Assembly (NCBI GenBank): GCA_951406725.2
Contig: OX597816.1
Location: forward strand, 173,476,001 to 173,540,000
Direction: 5' to 3'
Length of the DNA stretch: 64,000 bases
DNA from: Octopus vulgaris
Taxonomy: Eukaryota
Shown here piece after piece: positions 1-12,343 of the stretch (position 1 is the stretch's first letter; each line of letters begins with the position of its first letter). Below the pieces are notes generated by a model. That model worked only from the letters and a program-made list of their open reading frames with translations, searched no databases and was not told where the DNA came from. The position numbers and the translations under genes were made by a program.

Positions 1-887
1 GGATTGTCTTTCCTGGTACTTTTTCTTTCCTCACCAGGTAATCAAAAACTGATTTCACCTTCCTCGTGATCATTAGTTCTGCTGGTGAGCTTCCTGCTGG
101 TGTATTGAGCTTCAGTATCACCCTGTATACCCTTAGGTATTGCTGCAGAGTGACTTCATCTGTGGCTTCATTGTTTACTTTTATCAAAGTTCTTTTGGAA
201 GTATCCACAAAACACTCTGCCTGTCCATTTGATCTGGGATGGTACAGTGCTATCACTTTATGTTCTACTGTGAGCATTTCGCAGAATTTTCTAAATTCAC
301 TGGACACAAATTGTGTTCCATTATCAGATACAATCACATCTGCGATGCCAAATCTTGCAAATATTTTGTCCAAAAGATTTATTACAATTGAGGCAGTTGG
401 TCTTTTGCACTTAACAATTTCCAGCCATTTTGTAAAACTGTCAACTACTACTACTAAGTAGTAATAACCATTTAACAGACCTGCAAAATCAATGTGTAGT
501 CTTATCCATGGACTTTTCACTTCTGGCCCACAGCTCCCTTTTTTGAGTAGGCAATTTCACTGCCAGAGCACATCTTCTGCAGCCTTTTACTATGTTTTCA
601 ACTTCCTTGTCCATCTTCAGCTAATACACATAACTGCGCATAAGTGCTTTCATCTTTGCGATCCCCAAATGTCCAATACTCTTTACTCTTTTACTTGTTT
701 CAGTCATTTGACTGTGGCCATGCTGGAGCACCGCCTTTAATCGAGCAACTCGACCCCGGGACTTATTCTTTTGTAAGCCCAGTACTTATTATATCAATCT
801 CTTTTGCCGAACCACTAAGTAACGGGGACATAAACACACCAGCATTGGTTGTCAAGCAATGCTAGGGGGACAAACACAGACACACAA

Positions 888-942
<55 letters not shown>

Positions 943-1670
943 TACGACAGGCTTCTTTCAGTTTCCGTCTACCAAATCCACTCACAAGGCATTGGTCGGC
1001 CCGGGGCTATAGCAGAAGACACTTGCCCAAGATGCCACGCAGTGGGACTGAACCCGGAACCATGTGGTTGGTTTGCAAGCTACTTACCACGCAGACACTC
1101 CTGCGCCTATATGGAATTCTTTCAACATTCTTTTTTTGTAGAGTCTCAGGTACCACTACCCTTTGGCCATACATCAGTACTCCATTGCATGTTGAATATA
1201 TGTTTACCTGTCGCTGTTTTTCTTACTGAACTTTTTTTATATTCTCTTTCACTAACCACAGAGTTTTCTTTGTTTCATTAATGAACTTGTCTTTTTATGT
1301 GTGTCACTTTATGTCCACCAGAGTTATTGGTAACTCTCGTTCAATGTTCCACATTATGTATTTAATTTTCCCTACAGCTCTAAAGGCTGTTATTATTGTG
1401 TTCTTGAATGGTTTGCTATTTCTGGGTATTAACCTAGATAGGCTGTCAGCATGTCCTAGCTTCTTCGAAGGTAAATATTCCATTGTGTAGTTGTTGTTCA
1501 GTAGTATGGTGCTCCATCGCTGCAACCTGTTTGCTGTATGTACTGGGATTCCTTTCTTGGATCCAAAAATCATTAGCAACAGGTAATGGTCTATTTGCAG
1601 TCGAAATCATCTACCATGTATAAACCTGTGGAACATTTTAATGCTAAATATAATCGCTAATGCCTTTTTC
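1..1670 (-). mobile_element. Decayed Ty3/Gypsy pol fragment (RNase H end, H2C2 zinc finger, integrase core), split by a SINE
   Basis: Minus-strand translation gives ANRLQRWSTILL..YLPSKKLGHADSLSRL, then KEFHIGHLGIAKMKALMRSYVY across the SINE, then PWIRLHIDFAG..YLVVVDSFTKWLE..VIVSDNGTQF..YHPRSNGQAE. Stops and frameshifts present. Confidence 0.9.
678..1110 (-). mobile_element. tRNA-derived SINE family A
   Basis: Minus strand starts TAGGCGCAGGAGT, has a B-box-like GGTTCAGTCCC, an internal (TA)n(TG)n tract and a (AAAAGAGT)n-like tail. Removing it restores the Gypsy frame. Confidence 0.9.
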
Positions 1671-1924
1671 ACTGGAACTGTAAAAATCTGCAAAACTTTG
1701 CAGAAATTTATCATTTAAGTATATATGAACATGTCTAGACATGCTACTATATGCATGGAATACATACATAAAGCAAAACATACAAGTCTGCACATATACA
1801 TAAATATATACAAAAATGCCCTGTACGTGTTGTTAAAATTCCAATTAAGGAGCCTTGAATCTAGGTTAGAAACTGACTCTTTCTCTATTGGCAAGAAATC
1901 TTGAAATAAAAATGAACAATGACA

Positions 1925-2070
1925 CACATACATTCATACATACATACATACATACATACATACATACATACACACACACATGCATGCATACATACATACA
2001 TACATTCATACATACATACATACATACATACATACATACATACATACATACATACATACATACATACAGA
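1925..2070. repeat. (TACA)n microsatellite
   Basis: Direct reading. Confidence 0.95.
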
Positions 2071-2085
2071 CATATATCATCATTA

Positions 2086-2415
2086 CGGTGGCACGTAAAA
2101 AGCACCATCCGTTCATGGCCGTTGCCAGCCACGCCTGGCCCCCGTGCCGGTGGCACGTAAAAAGCACCATCCATCCGTAGCCGTCTGCCAGCTCTGTCTG
2201 GCACCTGTGCGGGTGGCACGTAAAAAGCACCCACTACACTCACGGAGTGGTTGGCGTTAGGAAGGGCATCCAGCCATAGAAACATTGCCAGATCAGACTG
2301 GGCTTGGTGCAGCCTTCTGGCTTCCCAGACCCCAGTTGAACCATCCAACCCATGCTAGCATGGAAAGCGGACGTTAAACGATGATGATGATGATCATCAT
2401 CATCATCATTATCAT
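2086..2415 (+). mobile_element. RTE 3'-tail element with ~60-bp repeats and (GAT)n end
   Basis: Three GGTGGCACGTAAAAAGCAC units, then GGTTGGCGTTAGGAAGGGCATCC, ending CCATGCTAGCATGGAAAGCGGACGTTAAACGATGATGAT. Confidence 0.85.
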
Positions 2416-2754
2416 CACTCACATTTGGGCATAAAGTGGCAAAACCTTAAAGGGTATTAATCACTTATATCAGCCTCAATACTTTGTGTTGACTTTACAA
2501 AGCTAAATTTATCATAAAGGACTGAACAAAATACAATATATTTAAGCTTGCCTCACCAATGTTATATATCTATGTATATGATGTAGAACAAGATAAAAAC
2601 AACAACAAAAAGATGTGATAAATTACAATCACTGTTATTTATCATGGCACTCAGGAGAATAGAACAAGTTAATGATTATAACATTTGAAATGTTGCCCTT
2701 CTTTAGAAAATGGAAGGCCTGAGGGTAACAGGGAAAAAAAAGAGGGAAAACAAT

Positions 2755-3447
2755 TTAAAGGTGGAAGATGCACAGGAGTCATAAACGCTACAGTCACTTG
2801 AGAAATCAACTTTCTCAAATGTTCTGGAGGCTCTTTAGAGGTAGTGGCTAATTTCTGCGACCCAGGAGACAAAGTTAGTAGTAGGGGAGGATGAATGGAG
2901 AATGTAATAGCCAAAAGAAGAATAGGATGGAGAAAATTCAGGGATCCTTTACCGCTGTTGCCAACCAAAGTTTTCTCTTTCCATAAAGAAGCATCATTCA
3001 CTCAAAGTGGATGGAGCTTGTGGAAGAGGGAGACCCAGGAAGACATGGGACAAAGAACTTATAACCTCAGAATGTTGAACCTTTTAGACGAGATGACAAA
3101 GGACCACTGTACCTGGCACTTTGCTGTACTCAAGAAGACCTGTCCTCCATAGCAGAACTGTTAATGCCACATCCCCTAGTGAAGAGGATTGGCCTGCAAG
3201 AGTCCTGTGCCAGTGCCATGTAAAAAGCACTTATGCTGGTGCCACATAAAAAACACTTGTGTTGGTACCACATTAAAATCACCGAGCACACACTGTAAAG
3301 TGGTTGGTGTTAGGAAGAACAGCCAGCCATGGAAACCAAGCCAAATCATATGGGAACCTGATGCTGCTCTCCAGCTTCCCAGCTCTGGTCAAACCAACCA
3401 ATCCATGCCAGCATGGAAAATGGACATTAAAGGATGATGTTGATGAT
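2755..3447 (+). mobile_element. 5'-truncated, internally deleted RTE LINE 3' end
   Basis: GGSLEVV.. and RRIGWRKFRDPLPLL..CGRGRPRKTW-like residues, followed by the same tail as the other copies. Confidence 0.8.
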
Positions 3448-3698
3448 GGTGGTGGTGGTGGCAGTGGTGGTGGTTGTGGTGGTGGTGGTGGTGGTGGTGG
3501 CGGCGGCGGCGGTGGTAGTGGTGGTGGTGGTGGTGGTAGTGGTGGTGGTGGTTGTGGTGGTGGTGGTGGTGGTGGTGGTGGTGGTGGTGGTGGTGGTGGT
3601 GGTTGTGGTGGTGGTGGTGGTGGTGGTGGTGGCGGCGGCGGCGGTGGTGGTGGTGGTGGTGGTGGTGGTGGTGGTGGTGGTGGTGGTGGTGGTGGTGG
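3448..3698. repeat. (GGT)n/(GGC)n triplet array
   Basis: About 250 bp of near-pure GGT directly after the LINE (GAT)n tail. Confidence 0.95.
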
Positions 3699-3879
3699 AG
3701 ATGAATCCTAATGAGAGATGCCATGTGGTGTTGATCTACATGTTTTACACATACCCACCATGCAACCTTGCCCAGTGTACCATGCATGGGGCCTTGTGGA
3801 TGGTAAGCAAACTTCTTTGCCTCACACATATACATCAAATGTGTGTATGTGTGTATATGTGAGTACCATCACCCTTATC

Positions 3880-4216
3880 TTTTACTTGTACCAATCAATG
3901 GACTGCAGTGTGATCAAACCTTGAATGGTTTAGTCAAACAAACTGACCCCAGTACTTCTTTTTAAGTCAAATACCTATTCTGTTGGTCTCATTTGCTGAA
4001 CCAACACCAGTGGTTAAACAGTGATGTGGGAAAACACACACACACACACACACACACAACAGGCTTTTGCATAGTCTCCATCTGCCAAATTCACTCACAA
4101 GACATTGGTTGGCTTGGAAGCTATAATAGAGAACACTTGCCCAAGATGTCACGCAGTGGGCCTGAACTTGCAACCATATTGGTTGCTAAGCAAGCTTCTT
4201 AATCACGCAGCTATGC
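3880..4216 (-). mobile_element. SINE family A, diverged copy
   Basis: Matches CCAAATTCACTCACAAG..ACACTTGCCCAAG..CACGCAGTGGG blocks. Confidence 0.75.
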
Positions 4217-4766
4217 GAATATCAGCAGATTTCTCATTAGTTTTCCATAGATATGTTTTTTTCTTTTTACTGAGGCAGTCTATGTGTGGATAAATTGTAA
4301 ATAGATTTGCATATGGTGCTCCAGCATGACTGCTGCTTTTGAGCTGAAACTAGCTTAAGAGTTATAACATTTGGTTTCAAAAGATAGGGCTCTCACTGCA
4401 AAAGGAAATTAAGGTACAACTTGACCTTGCATGTTTATTTCAGGTGTTCTACAAAAAGAGGATAAACAGACAGACAGAAAAACTAAAAATAAATGACGAG
4501 CAATAGGCTTGTATTCATTTGCATATCAGAATGTTTGTTGGTGATACATATTAATTAACTAAAACATTGTTACAATATATGCATAGATAAGTTATAAACA
4601 GAGTAACATGCACACATTTCACAATTATATATTTACTTTCACTCTATATCCAGACCTGTGGTTAAAAACTCTCTGAAAAGCAATCCAAAGAAGAACAAGT
4701 TTCACCCGATTATTGCTAGCTCAGCAGTAGTGTTTCATTTGTTTATTCTACTGAGGGAGAGAAGCA

Positions 4767-4801
<35 letters not shown>

Positions 4802-4804
<3 letters not shown>

Positions 4805-5196
4805 TCTTTACTCTTATACTTGTTTCAGTCATTTGGCTGCAGCCATGCTGGAGCACCACCTTTTAGTCGAGCAAATCGACCCCGGGACATATTCTTTGTA
4901 AGCCCAGTACTTATTCTATCGGTCTCTTTTGCCAAACCGCTAAGTGACGGGGACATAAACACACCAGCATCGGTTGTCAAGCAATGCTAAGGGGACAAAC
5001 ACAGATACACAAACACACACACGCATATATATATACATATATACGACGGACTTCTTTCAGTTTCCGTCTACCAAATCCACTCACAAGGCATTGGTCGGCC
5101 CGGGGCTATAGCAGAAGACACTTGCCCAAGGTGCCACGCAGTGGGACTGAACCCGGAACCATGTGGTTGGTAAGCAAGCTACTTACCACACAGCCA
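4802..5196 (-). mobile_element. SINE family A
   Basis: Near-identical to 678-1110. Confidence 0.9.
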
Positions 5197-5802
5197 CAAT
5201 GTAAACATGTATATGCATGTGTGTGTGCATGTAATATTGAACACTATTCAGCATAGGGTATCCCATTTCAATATATGAAAGTATATCTATATATTGGAAC
5301 TTGAACTTATGCTCTAAAATCATGTTGATGTCTAGTAATTTGCACAAAATCCTGAAGGGACTGCTTTTATATATTGAACCTCGTTTGTGTGTGTGTGTGT
5401 GTGTGTGTGAGTACACGTTTTTATGTCTCCTTGTGCTTTTTTAATGCCACTTTAGGTAGGATGTGTGGATGCACCCTTTTGTTTAAACAATTATTTTCCC
5501 ATATGGAAACTATTACTATTATTAATGGCTCAACACACATATCATACATAGACAAATATACATATAAAGAAAGAGAGAGAGAGAGAGAGAAAGAAGACAC
5601 AAATAGCAACACAGATAGGCGGATGGGCGGACAGACAGAAGGACATATCGTTTTATGTTAGTATGTCAACATGGACACCTACCCACATCCTGTCCATTGT
5701 TATTATATTTACACCAACAACTAAATCTTGACTGTTCCCCCACTGTTATTTATGATTGGAAGAACTTCTTTTGTGTCAGAAAAAGTTGGTTTGTAATTTC
5801 AG

Positions 5803-5842
5803 GAAAACGTTATTTCACATAATATAAATTTAAAAAACAACT
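5803..5842 (+). CDS. Candidate micro-exon (ENVISHNINLKNN)
   Basis: TTTGTAATTTCAG acceptor and GTGAGT donor. Only one frame is open, and it continues in phase into 5921-5953. Confidence 0.5.
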
Positions 5843-5920
5843 GTGAGTATTTGCTGCAGTGGAATTGTTGATCAGTTGATTTCTTTGGGTTGTTTCTTTT
5901 ACGATCTAATCTTGTTACAG

Positions 5921-5953
5921 GGCATATTCCTCAAACTACACACACTCTAGCAA
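5921..5953 (+). CDS. Candidate micro-exon (WHIPQTTHTLA)
   Basis: CTAAT branch point, CTTGTTACAG acceptor and GTAAGC donor. The upstream intron is 78 nt and the frame is compatible. Confidence 0.5.
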
Positions 5954-6226
5954 GTAAGCTTCTATATCAGAGGTGGAAAATCCCTCCACTTGCAGGCAAA
6001 ATTTTGATTGCATTCAAATTTTTATACAATTATAAAATGAAGTAGTTCAGCTATGATGAAAGCAGTAATTATTTATGTTTCATACATTAATGATTCATTA
6101 AGTCTTTCAGTATGGCTATTCCCCATCATGTTTCTAGACACTGGCAATTCATCCCTGATTTCAACAAGGTTCATCATCTCAGCCAAAAATAGCAGTCAAA
6201 TTTTTTTTTTCATATTATACCCTACA

Positions 6227-6630
6227 TAGGCGTAGGAGTGGCTGTGTGGTAAGTAGCTTGTTTACCAACCACATGGTTCCGGGTTCAGTTCCACTGTGTG
6301 GCACCTTGGGCAAGTGTCTTCTACTATAGCCTCAGGCCGACCAAAGCCTTGTGAGTGGATTTGGTAGATGGAAACTGGAAGAAGCCCGTCGTATATATGT
6401 ATATATATGTATATGCGTGTGTGTGTGTTTATGTGTCTGTGTTTGTCCCCCTAGCATTGCTTGACAACCGATACTGGTGTGTTTATGTCCCCGTTACTTA
6501 GCGGTTCGGCAAAAGGGTCCGATAGAATAAGTACTAGGCTTACAAAAGGATAAGTCCCAGGATCGAGTTGCTCAATTAAAGTAGGTGCTCCAGCATGGCC
6601 GCAGTCAAATGACTGAAACAAGTAAAAGAG
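6227..6630 (+). mobile_element. SINE family A
   Basis: Runs TAGGCGTAGGAGTGGCTGTGTGGTAAG to GACTGAAACAAGTAAAAGAG. Confidence 0.9.
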
Positions 6631-6718
6631 CACTATCTTAAAAGAAAGAAGGGTGATATTTAATATAGTCCTAAATACACTATACATAAAAAAGATGAGA
6701 TTGGTCAAGGCTGGAATA

Positions 6719-7670
6719 CAAGGGTCAGCTAAAAAGTTCATAGGCTGACCAAGATACTCTCATGGAACATGTCCAAATGATGTTTATTTTTCAACCATAG
6801 TCCACACTTGCAGTCCCCACATTTCTTCCATCGGTGTTGCAGTGCTTGGATCCCATCGGTGAAGAAGCTTTCATCCTGTTTCTCAAAAATGTCATCAACA
6901 GCAGATATGACGTCATCACTGCAATGCTGGTTCCCAGCCAGGTGTTTTTTCACGTTGGAGATGAGGTGCCATTGAAACCAAGGACTTGTGTGCTGGTGTT
7001 TGGTCTTGATACCTTTCATAACTGCCTCAGCAAGTTGGCACGGTACCCTCTGTTGATGGTGTAGCCCTTTTGAAGATTGTTAATAAATAATGCCTTTTGC
7101 ACCCCCCAAAATTGAGGCCATCATTTTTCCCTGCAGATGAAATAACTTTGTCTTCTTTAGAGCAGGTGAGGAGAGGTGCTTTCACTGCATGAATTGTCTC
7201 TTTGTCTCTGGCTCAAAGTGATGAAACCAGCACTCATCCTGAGTTGGGGAACATTCAAGGGAACCAGCTGGATCTGCCTCAGACAATGTCAGATTTTCCT
7301 GTGATGTGATCAGCCTGGTACACTTTTGATTAGGTGTCAGATGTTGCACCCACCAAGCAGAAATTTTCACCATGCCAAGTTCATTGTGCAGAATATTCTC
7401 AACTTTCTCACAGGTTGTTCCAATGGCATTGGGTTCTTGATTTATAGTCAATCACTTATCATCCATCAGTACATGGTGAACACAATGTCTTCCTCAGTGG
7501 TGGCAGTTGCAGGATGTCAAAGCCTTGGGTCATCTTCAAGACTCTCCCTTCTCCTTCTATATTCCGCTGCTCACTTTTGCACTGGAGCATCATCCCCTAA
7601 TGTAATGACCATGTCAGCATGAATGCCCTTGGGAGCAGGGGGCTAACCCTTTTTCTTGACATACTTAATC
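6719..7670 (-). mobile_element. Decayed mariner transposon
   Basis: KISAWWV, TQDECWFHHFEPETKRQ, and KKHLAG..FFTDGIQALQHRWKKC. One TIR-like end (..AAAAGTTCATAGGCTGAC). Paralog at 25851. Confidence 0.88.
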
Positions 7671-7919
7671 TGGGTGTTGTATGGGAGCGAGGAAATTGTA
7701 CTTCATTGAATTGAATACATGCTGTACCAAGGTATATATGTATATAGACATAAAAGGTTACTTCAAGCCCTTCTTACCCCACCCTCTCTTTACTGGCCCT
7801 TAATCTGAATGCAGTATAGGAGGGAGAAAATTATTCTTCATTGAATCAAATTCACGATGTACACTACACTACCTGGCAAACATTTACACAGATCTTTTCA
7901 AACACGAACAAAAGCCCCA

Positions 7920-10900
7920 CAATGGCTACCTTCCCATTGTCCCTCCCAAGTATACAATTTTAGAGCTGCAAACATCAACATTGGCACAATGAAGGGGAGA
8001 TCTGTTGAGATTGTCGAAATCATGGAGCATCACCATGTCGGTGTGTGTGGTGTGCAATAAGTGAGATGGAAAGGAACCTCTACTAGATTCCTCACAAGTA
8101 AGAAACAGAGGTTTAAATTCTTCTGGGTTGGCAAGAGTGATGAAGTGAGTGGTGTGGGAATACTCTTAGTGGAAAAGTGAGTAGATAAGGTAATTGAGGT
8201 AGTCAGAGTGTGCTATGGGGTTATTAAGTTGAGACTTATTATAGATAGATTAACAATTACATTTATCTCTGTCTATGCTCCAGTCTTTCCCAGGTGAAGA
8301 GAGTACATCCCAACATAGGCTACTAGTTAATGACTTCGGAATTCGGGTTAGAGAGACTCAAAGACATAAACCATGTTGGAAAAGAAGATTATGGAAATCC
8401 AAAAGCCTAGCAGGCCAACAAAAATTTAGAGACATTCTACTGGAAGCCTCTGGTGATAGAGAGGAAGAAGAGGAGACATATAGCTTAAAAGACAGCTGGT
8501 AGTTCCTGTGGGACAATTTATTGTGTGCTGCTGACCAAATCTGTGGTTGGTGCAAAGTCCCAGCCAGGCCGAGGGTAACTTGATGGTGGAACAAGGAGGT
8601 GGACAGGGATATAAAAGTAATGAAACAGGCCTGGAAGGACTGGAAAAACAGTGGAAGCAAAGCATTATATCAGGGAGATAGAAGGGAGGCTATGCAACAG
8701 GATTACATAGCAAAAAGAATAGCAGAAGGTAAGAAGTTTGCCAATGTTATGCAGCATGAGGATCAGAGGTCTGAGGTGTTCAGGATTGCAAAGCAGTGTA
8801 TCAGAGAGAATAGAGATGTGGTGGGTGAGAAATGTGTGCAAATGGATAATGGTATGCTTGTGCTTAGTGACCATGAGAAAAAAGATGCATGGAGATGCCA
8901 TTATGAAAGGTTGTTAAATGTGGAGAATGATTGAGAGGAGAGTCTTTCAAATATTGAACCAATTGAGGGACCAGCCATCAGAGTGGATAGCAGCATAATA
9001 AATAGGGCAATTAGGAAAATGAAGCCCCTGGACCATCAGGTATCACTGCTGAGATGATGAAAATATCAGGTGGTGTGGGAAACAGCTTAGTCACTCACAT
9101 AATTAATCAGGTTATTCAGGAAGGTGTCATCCTCAAAGACTGGTGTAGCAGTATTATAGTAAACTGCTATAAGGGTAAAGGTGATGCCTTAGAAACAACT
9201 ACAGAGGTATCAAGCTGCTGGATTAGGTCATGAAAATTAGAGAGTTAGATCTCATTTGATTAGGGATATAATTAAACTAGATGAGATGCAGTTTGATTTT
9301 GTTCCTGGGAGAAGTACTACAGATGCCATCTTCATGGTGCACCAGTTGCAAGAAAAATATTTGGCCAAAAGTAAGCCATTGTACTTAGCCTTCATTGACC
9401 TGGAGAAAGCTTTCAACAGGGTTCCCCGCTCTCTTATTTGGTAGTCTCTAAGGAAACTAGGAGTAGAGAAGTGGCTTGTTAGACCTGTTCAAGCCATGTA
9501 GAGTGACCCTGTCAGTAAGGTGAGAGTTGACCTTGAATACAGTGATGAATTTAATGTATAAATTGGAGTACATCAGGGATCAGTTTTTAGTCCACTCTTA
9601 GTCATTATAGTTCTCCAGGCCATAATGGATAAATTCAAAATTGGATGCCCATGGAAACTACTACATGCTGATGATCTTGCCCTTGTTGCAGAATCTGAAG
9701 CAGAATTGGAGAAGTTCTGGTTTTGGAAGCAAAACTTGGAATCAAAGGGGCTTGAAGTTAACTTAGCTAAGACCAAAGTTGTTAGCAAGAAAGGAGATAA
9801 GTCTCTCATTCCAGCTGGCAAATGGTCCTGTTCAATATGTAGGAAAGGCGTGGGATGTCATTCCATTTGCTGCACCAAGCGTAAGTTATGGACACATAAG
9901 ACATGCAGTGGAATCATGGGAAGGTTATCAGATAAGGCCACTTTCGTGTGTGACAGATGTGCAGAAACAATAAGTACTAAGAGCACAAGGGACTTAAACT
10001 CTCTCAAATGCCTAGGAGGCTCTCTTGAGGTAGTAGATGGTTTCTGCTTTTTCAGCAACCAAATTAGTAATGGTGGTGGATGCTTTGAAAGTATTGTTTC
10101 TAAAATAAGAATAGAATGGAACAAGTTCAGAGAACTACTTACTCTGTTGGCAGGAAAAGGATTCTCTCTCTGAGTGAAAGGTAGATTGTATGATGCTTGC
10201 ATGAGAATGGCTATGTTACGTGGTAGTGAGACATGGGCTCTGACTGCAGAGGACATGTATAGACTGGAGAGGAATGAAGGTAGTATGCCCTGTTGGATTT
10301 GCAACATCAGTGTGCATGACCAACAAAGCACAACTGTATTGAGAGAAAAAGTTAGGCATAAGAGGGATTAAATGTGGCATGCAGGAGAGGAGAATGCATT
10401 GGTTTGGACATGTGATGTGTATAAGTGAAGACAACTGTATACAGAAGTGCTTGTCAATGAAAGTGGATGGGTACCTGTGAAAGAGGGAGACCCAGAAAGA
10501 CAGGAGAAGTGGTGATGACCGAGCTTATGATGTTGGGGCACACAGAGGAAATGACAGTGGACCGAGATGTTTGGTGATATGAGGTTCTTGAGAAGACCCG
10601 TCCATGAAACTGAGTGCTAGAAGAGTTGTGTCCCACCCACATGTAACAACACACTTTTCACCTTCTCTACCCTAAGAAACCGAACTACAACTCCTCCTCT
10701 TCTGAACTACATCTTTCTCTTCCTCACATTTTCTTTTCATAAACTGCCTGTTTTCCAATTCCCTTTCTTGCCCTCACTGCCCTGTTCACTGTATTGCTTC
10801 TCCCCCAACACCCACACCCTATTTTCTAACCAGGTTCTATACTCAGCACTACACCATATCTCTTCTGCGCTCTCTTACACATTTGCTGTTTCCTACTCTC

Positions 10901-11430
10901 TTTCTTCCTCTCTTTCCCTTGGTCACTCTCTCTCTCTCTCTTTCCTTCTCTTGTTTTTCTTCTGACTAGATAACCAATTATCTCCTTTACATCAGCACAC
11001 TTGTTTCTGGCCTCTTTCTTGTACTTCTGTCTCACTCTCAATCTCTTTTCTCTCTCTCTCTCACTGGATAACCATGTACCTCCTCTATAGCAAGGCACCT
11101 ATTTCTGCCTCTCTATTTCTTTGTTATATTGTAACCATTTATCAACTGATACTGGATCACCTCCTCTAATGGAGGTGGCAAGACACCTGCATGTGGTAAG
11201 ACACCTGCAAGACACCTGCATCTGTCTCTCTGTCTCTTTTTCACACTCTAACCTTTCATCGTTGGGCACAAGTTCCCCTCCTCAAATGTCCCTGTCACTC
11301 ACATAATCCTTTGTCTTGCAAGTTACTTGGTGACCCTGCCAGTGCTGGTGCCATGTTAAAAGCATCCAGTCCACACTGTAACATGGTAGGCGTTTGGAAG
11401 GGCATCCAGCTGTTAAAATCATGCCAAAAC
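7920..11430 (+). mobile_element. Near full-length decayed RTE-clade LINE (APE, RT, PHD-like finger, tail)
   Basis: NIGTMKGRS (APE), MQFDFVPGRSTTDAIF..AFIDLEKAFNRVPR, LLHADDL, CSIC..C..H..C..CDRC, GSETW. Many stops, and an internal deletion near 8285. Confidence 0.92.
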
Positions 11431-11469
11431 TAACCTACAGGCTTCTCTGTAGGTCATGCAGACTTCCCC

Positions 11470-11820
11470 ATTGTGTCTTCAAAAGTCTGAATGATGTAGG
11501 GCCCCTGACAGTGTGCAGCAGTAGATGCAGAAAGAAGCACTCCTGCTGATTGGGGTGCACAGTGGACACCCACCCAATGGTCCCACTTCTGAAGACAGCA
11601 TCTTCTTCCCAGCCCTCAATGCATGCTCCTTGTTTGTGTCTGTTCTATCTATTGTGTGCCCATGTATAGTACACGGGGACCTCTACATACAACAGTGTTC
11701 AAGCAAACAGATCACACTGGCATAATTGGTTTCTGGTGGATTCAGAACTACATTTCGAGCGTTGTCTTCTGTGAAATATACATACTGGCCATTTTCAAGA
11801 TGTACAGATAGATTTTAAGA
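11470..11820 (-). mobile_element. Helitron Rep/helicase fragment
   Basis: Minus frames give VHLENGQYVYFTEDNARNVVLNPPET and TVHPNQQECFFLHLLLHTVRGPTSF, both typical Helitron motifs. Confidence 0.82.
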
Positions 11821-12343
11821 AGGTGTTCCTACATGTAAACAGGGTGTGACCTTTGTGTTCACAGTGCATTTGTCTAAAAGCAGAACAGTTCTTCATTCAG
11901 CACTTGTCAATTGGCTGAAGTGACATGAAAGGCATCGTCATTCATGGTATATTCATGAATAACCAAAATAAGTGGATCTATTGTTTAAGAAAATACTATT
12001 TAGTTGTTTGAGGATTGTGCTGGATAAATTGTGAAAATAACTCTAACAGTTCAAATACTAAGAAATAAACATACTCAATTTGATTTATACTAAATAATAT
12101 AGGCAAATGAATGGGTTATTTCCCTTGGTTAGGAAAATAAAATATATTAACTATATATAAGGATCCCTTCCGGGGTCCCTAGCTACCCAATTATAGATTT
12201 TTATCAAACTTAAATGAGCTTAGTAACAAACTGGATGTTACTTTAGCATGTTTGCAAAGTTTCATGAAAATTCATTAATGGGTGTAGACGGTAACTTGAC
12301 ACAAACTGACAACTTGCTTTTCTATGTGTATATGATGTATATA

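Noticed and set aside
849-1281. Recurring peptide RQASFSFRLPNPLTRHWSARG as a gene family
   Set aside because: Antisense translation of SINE A copies.
3304-3862. Poly-Gly, poly-His and poly-Val ORFs
   Set aside because: Read-through of the (GGT)n tract.
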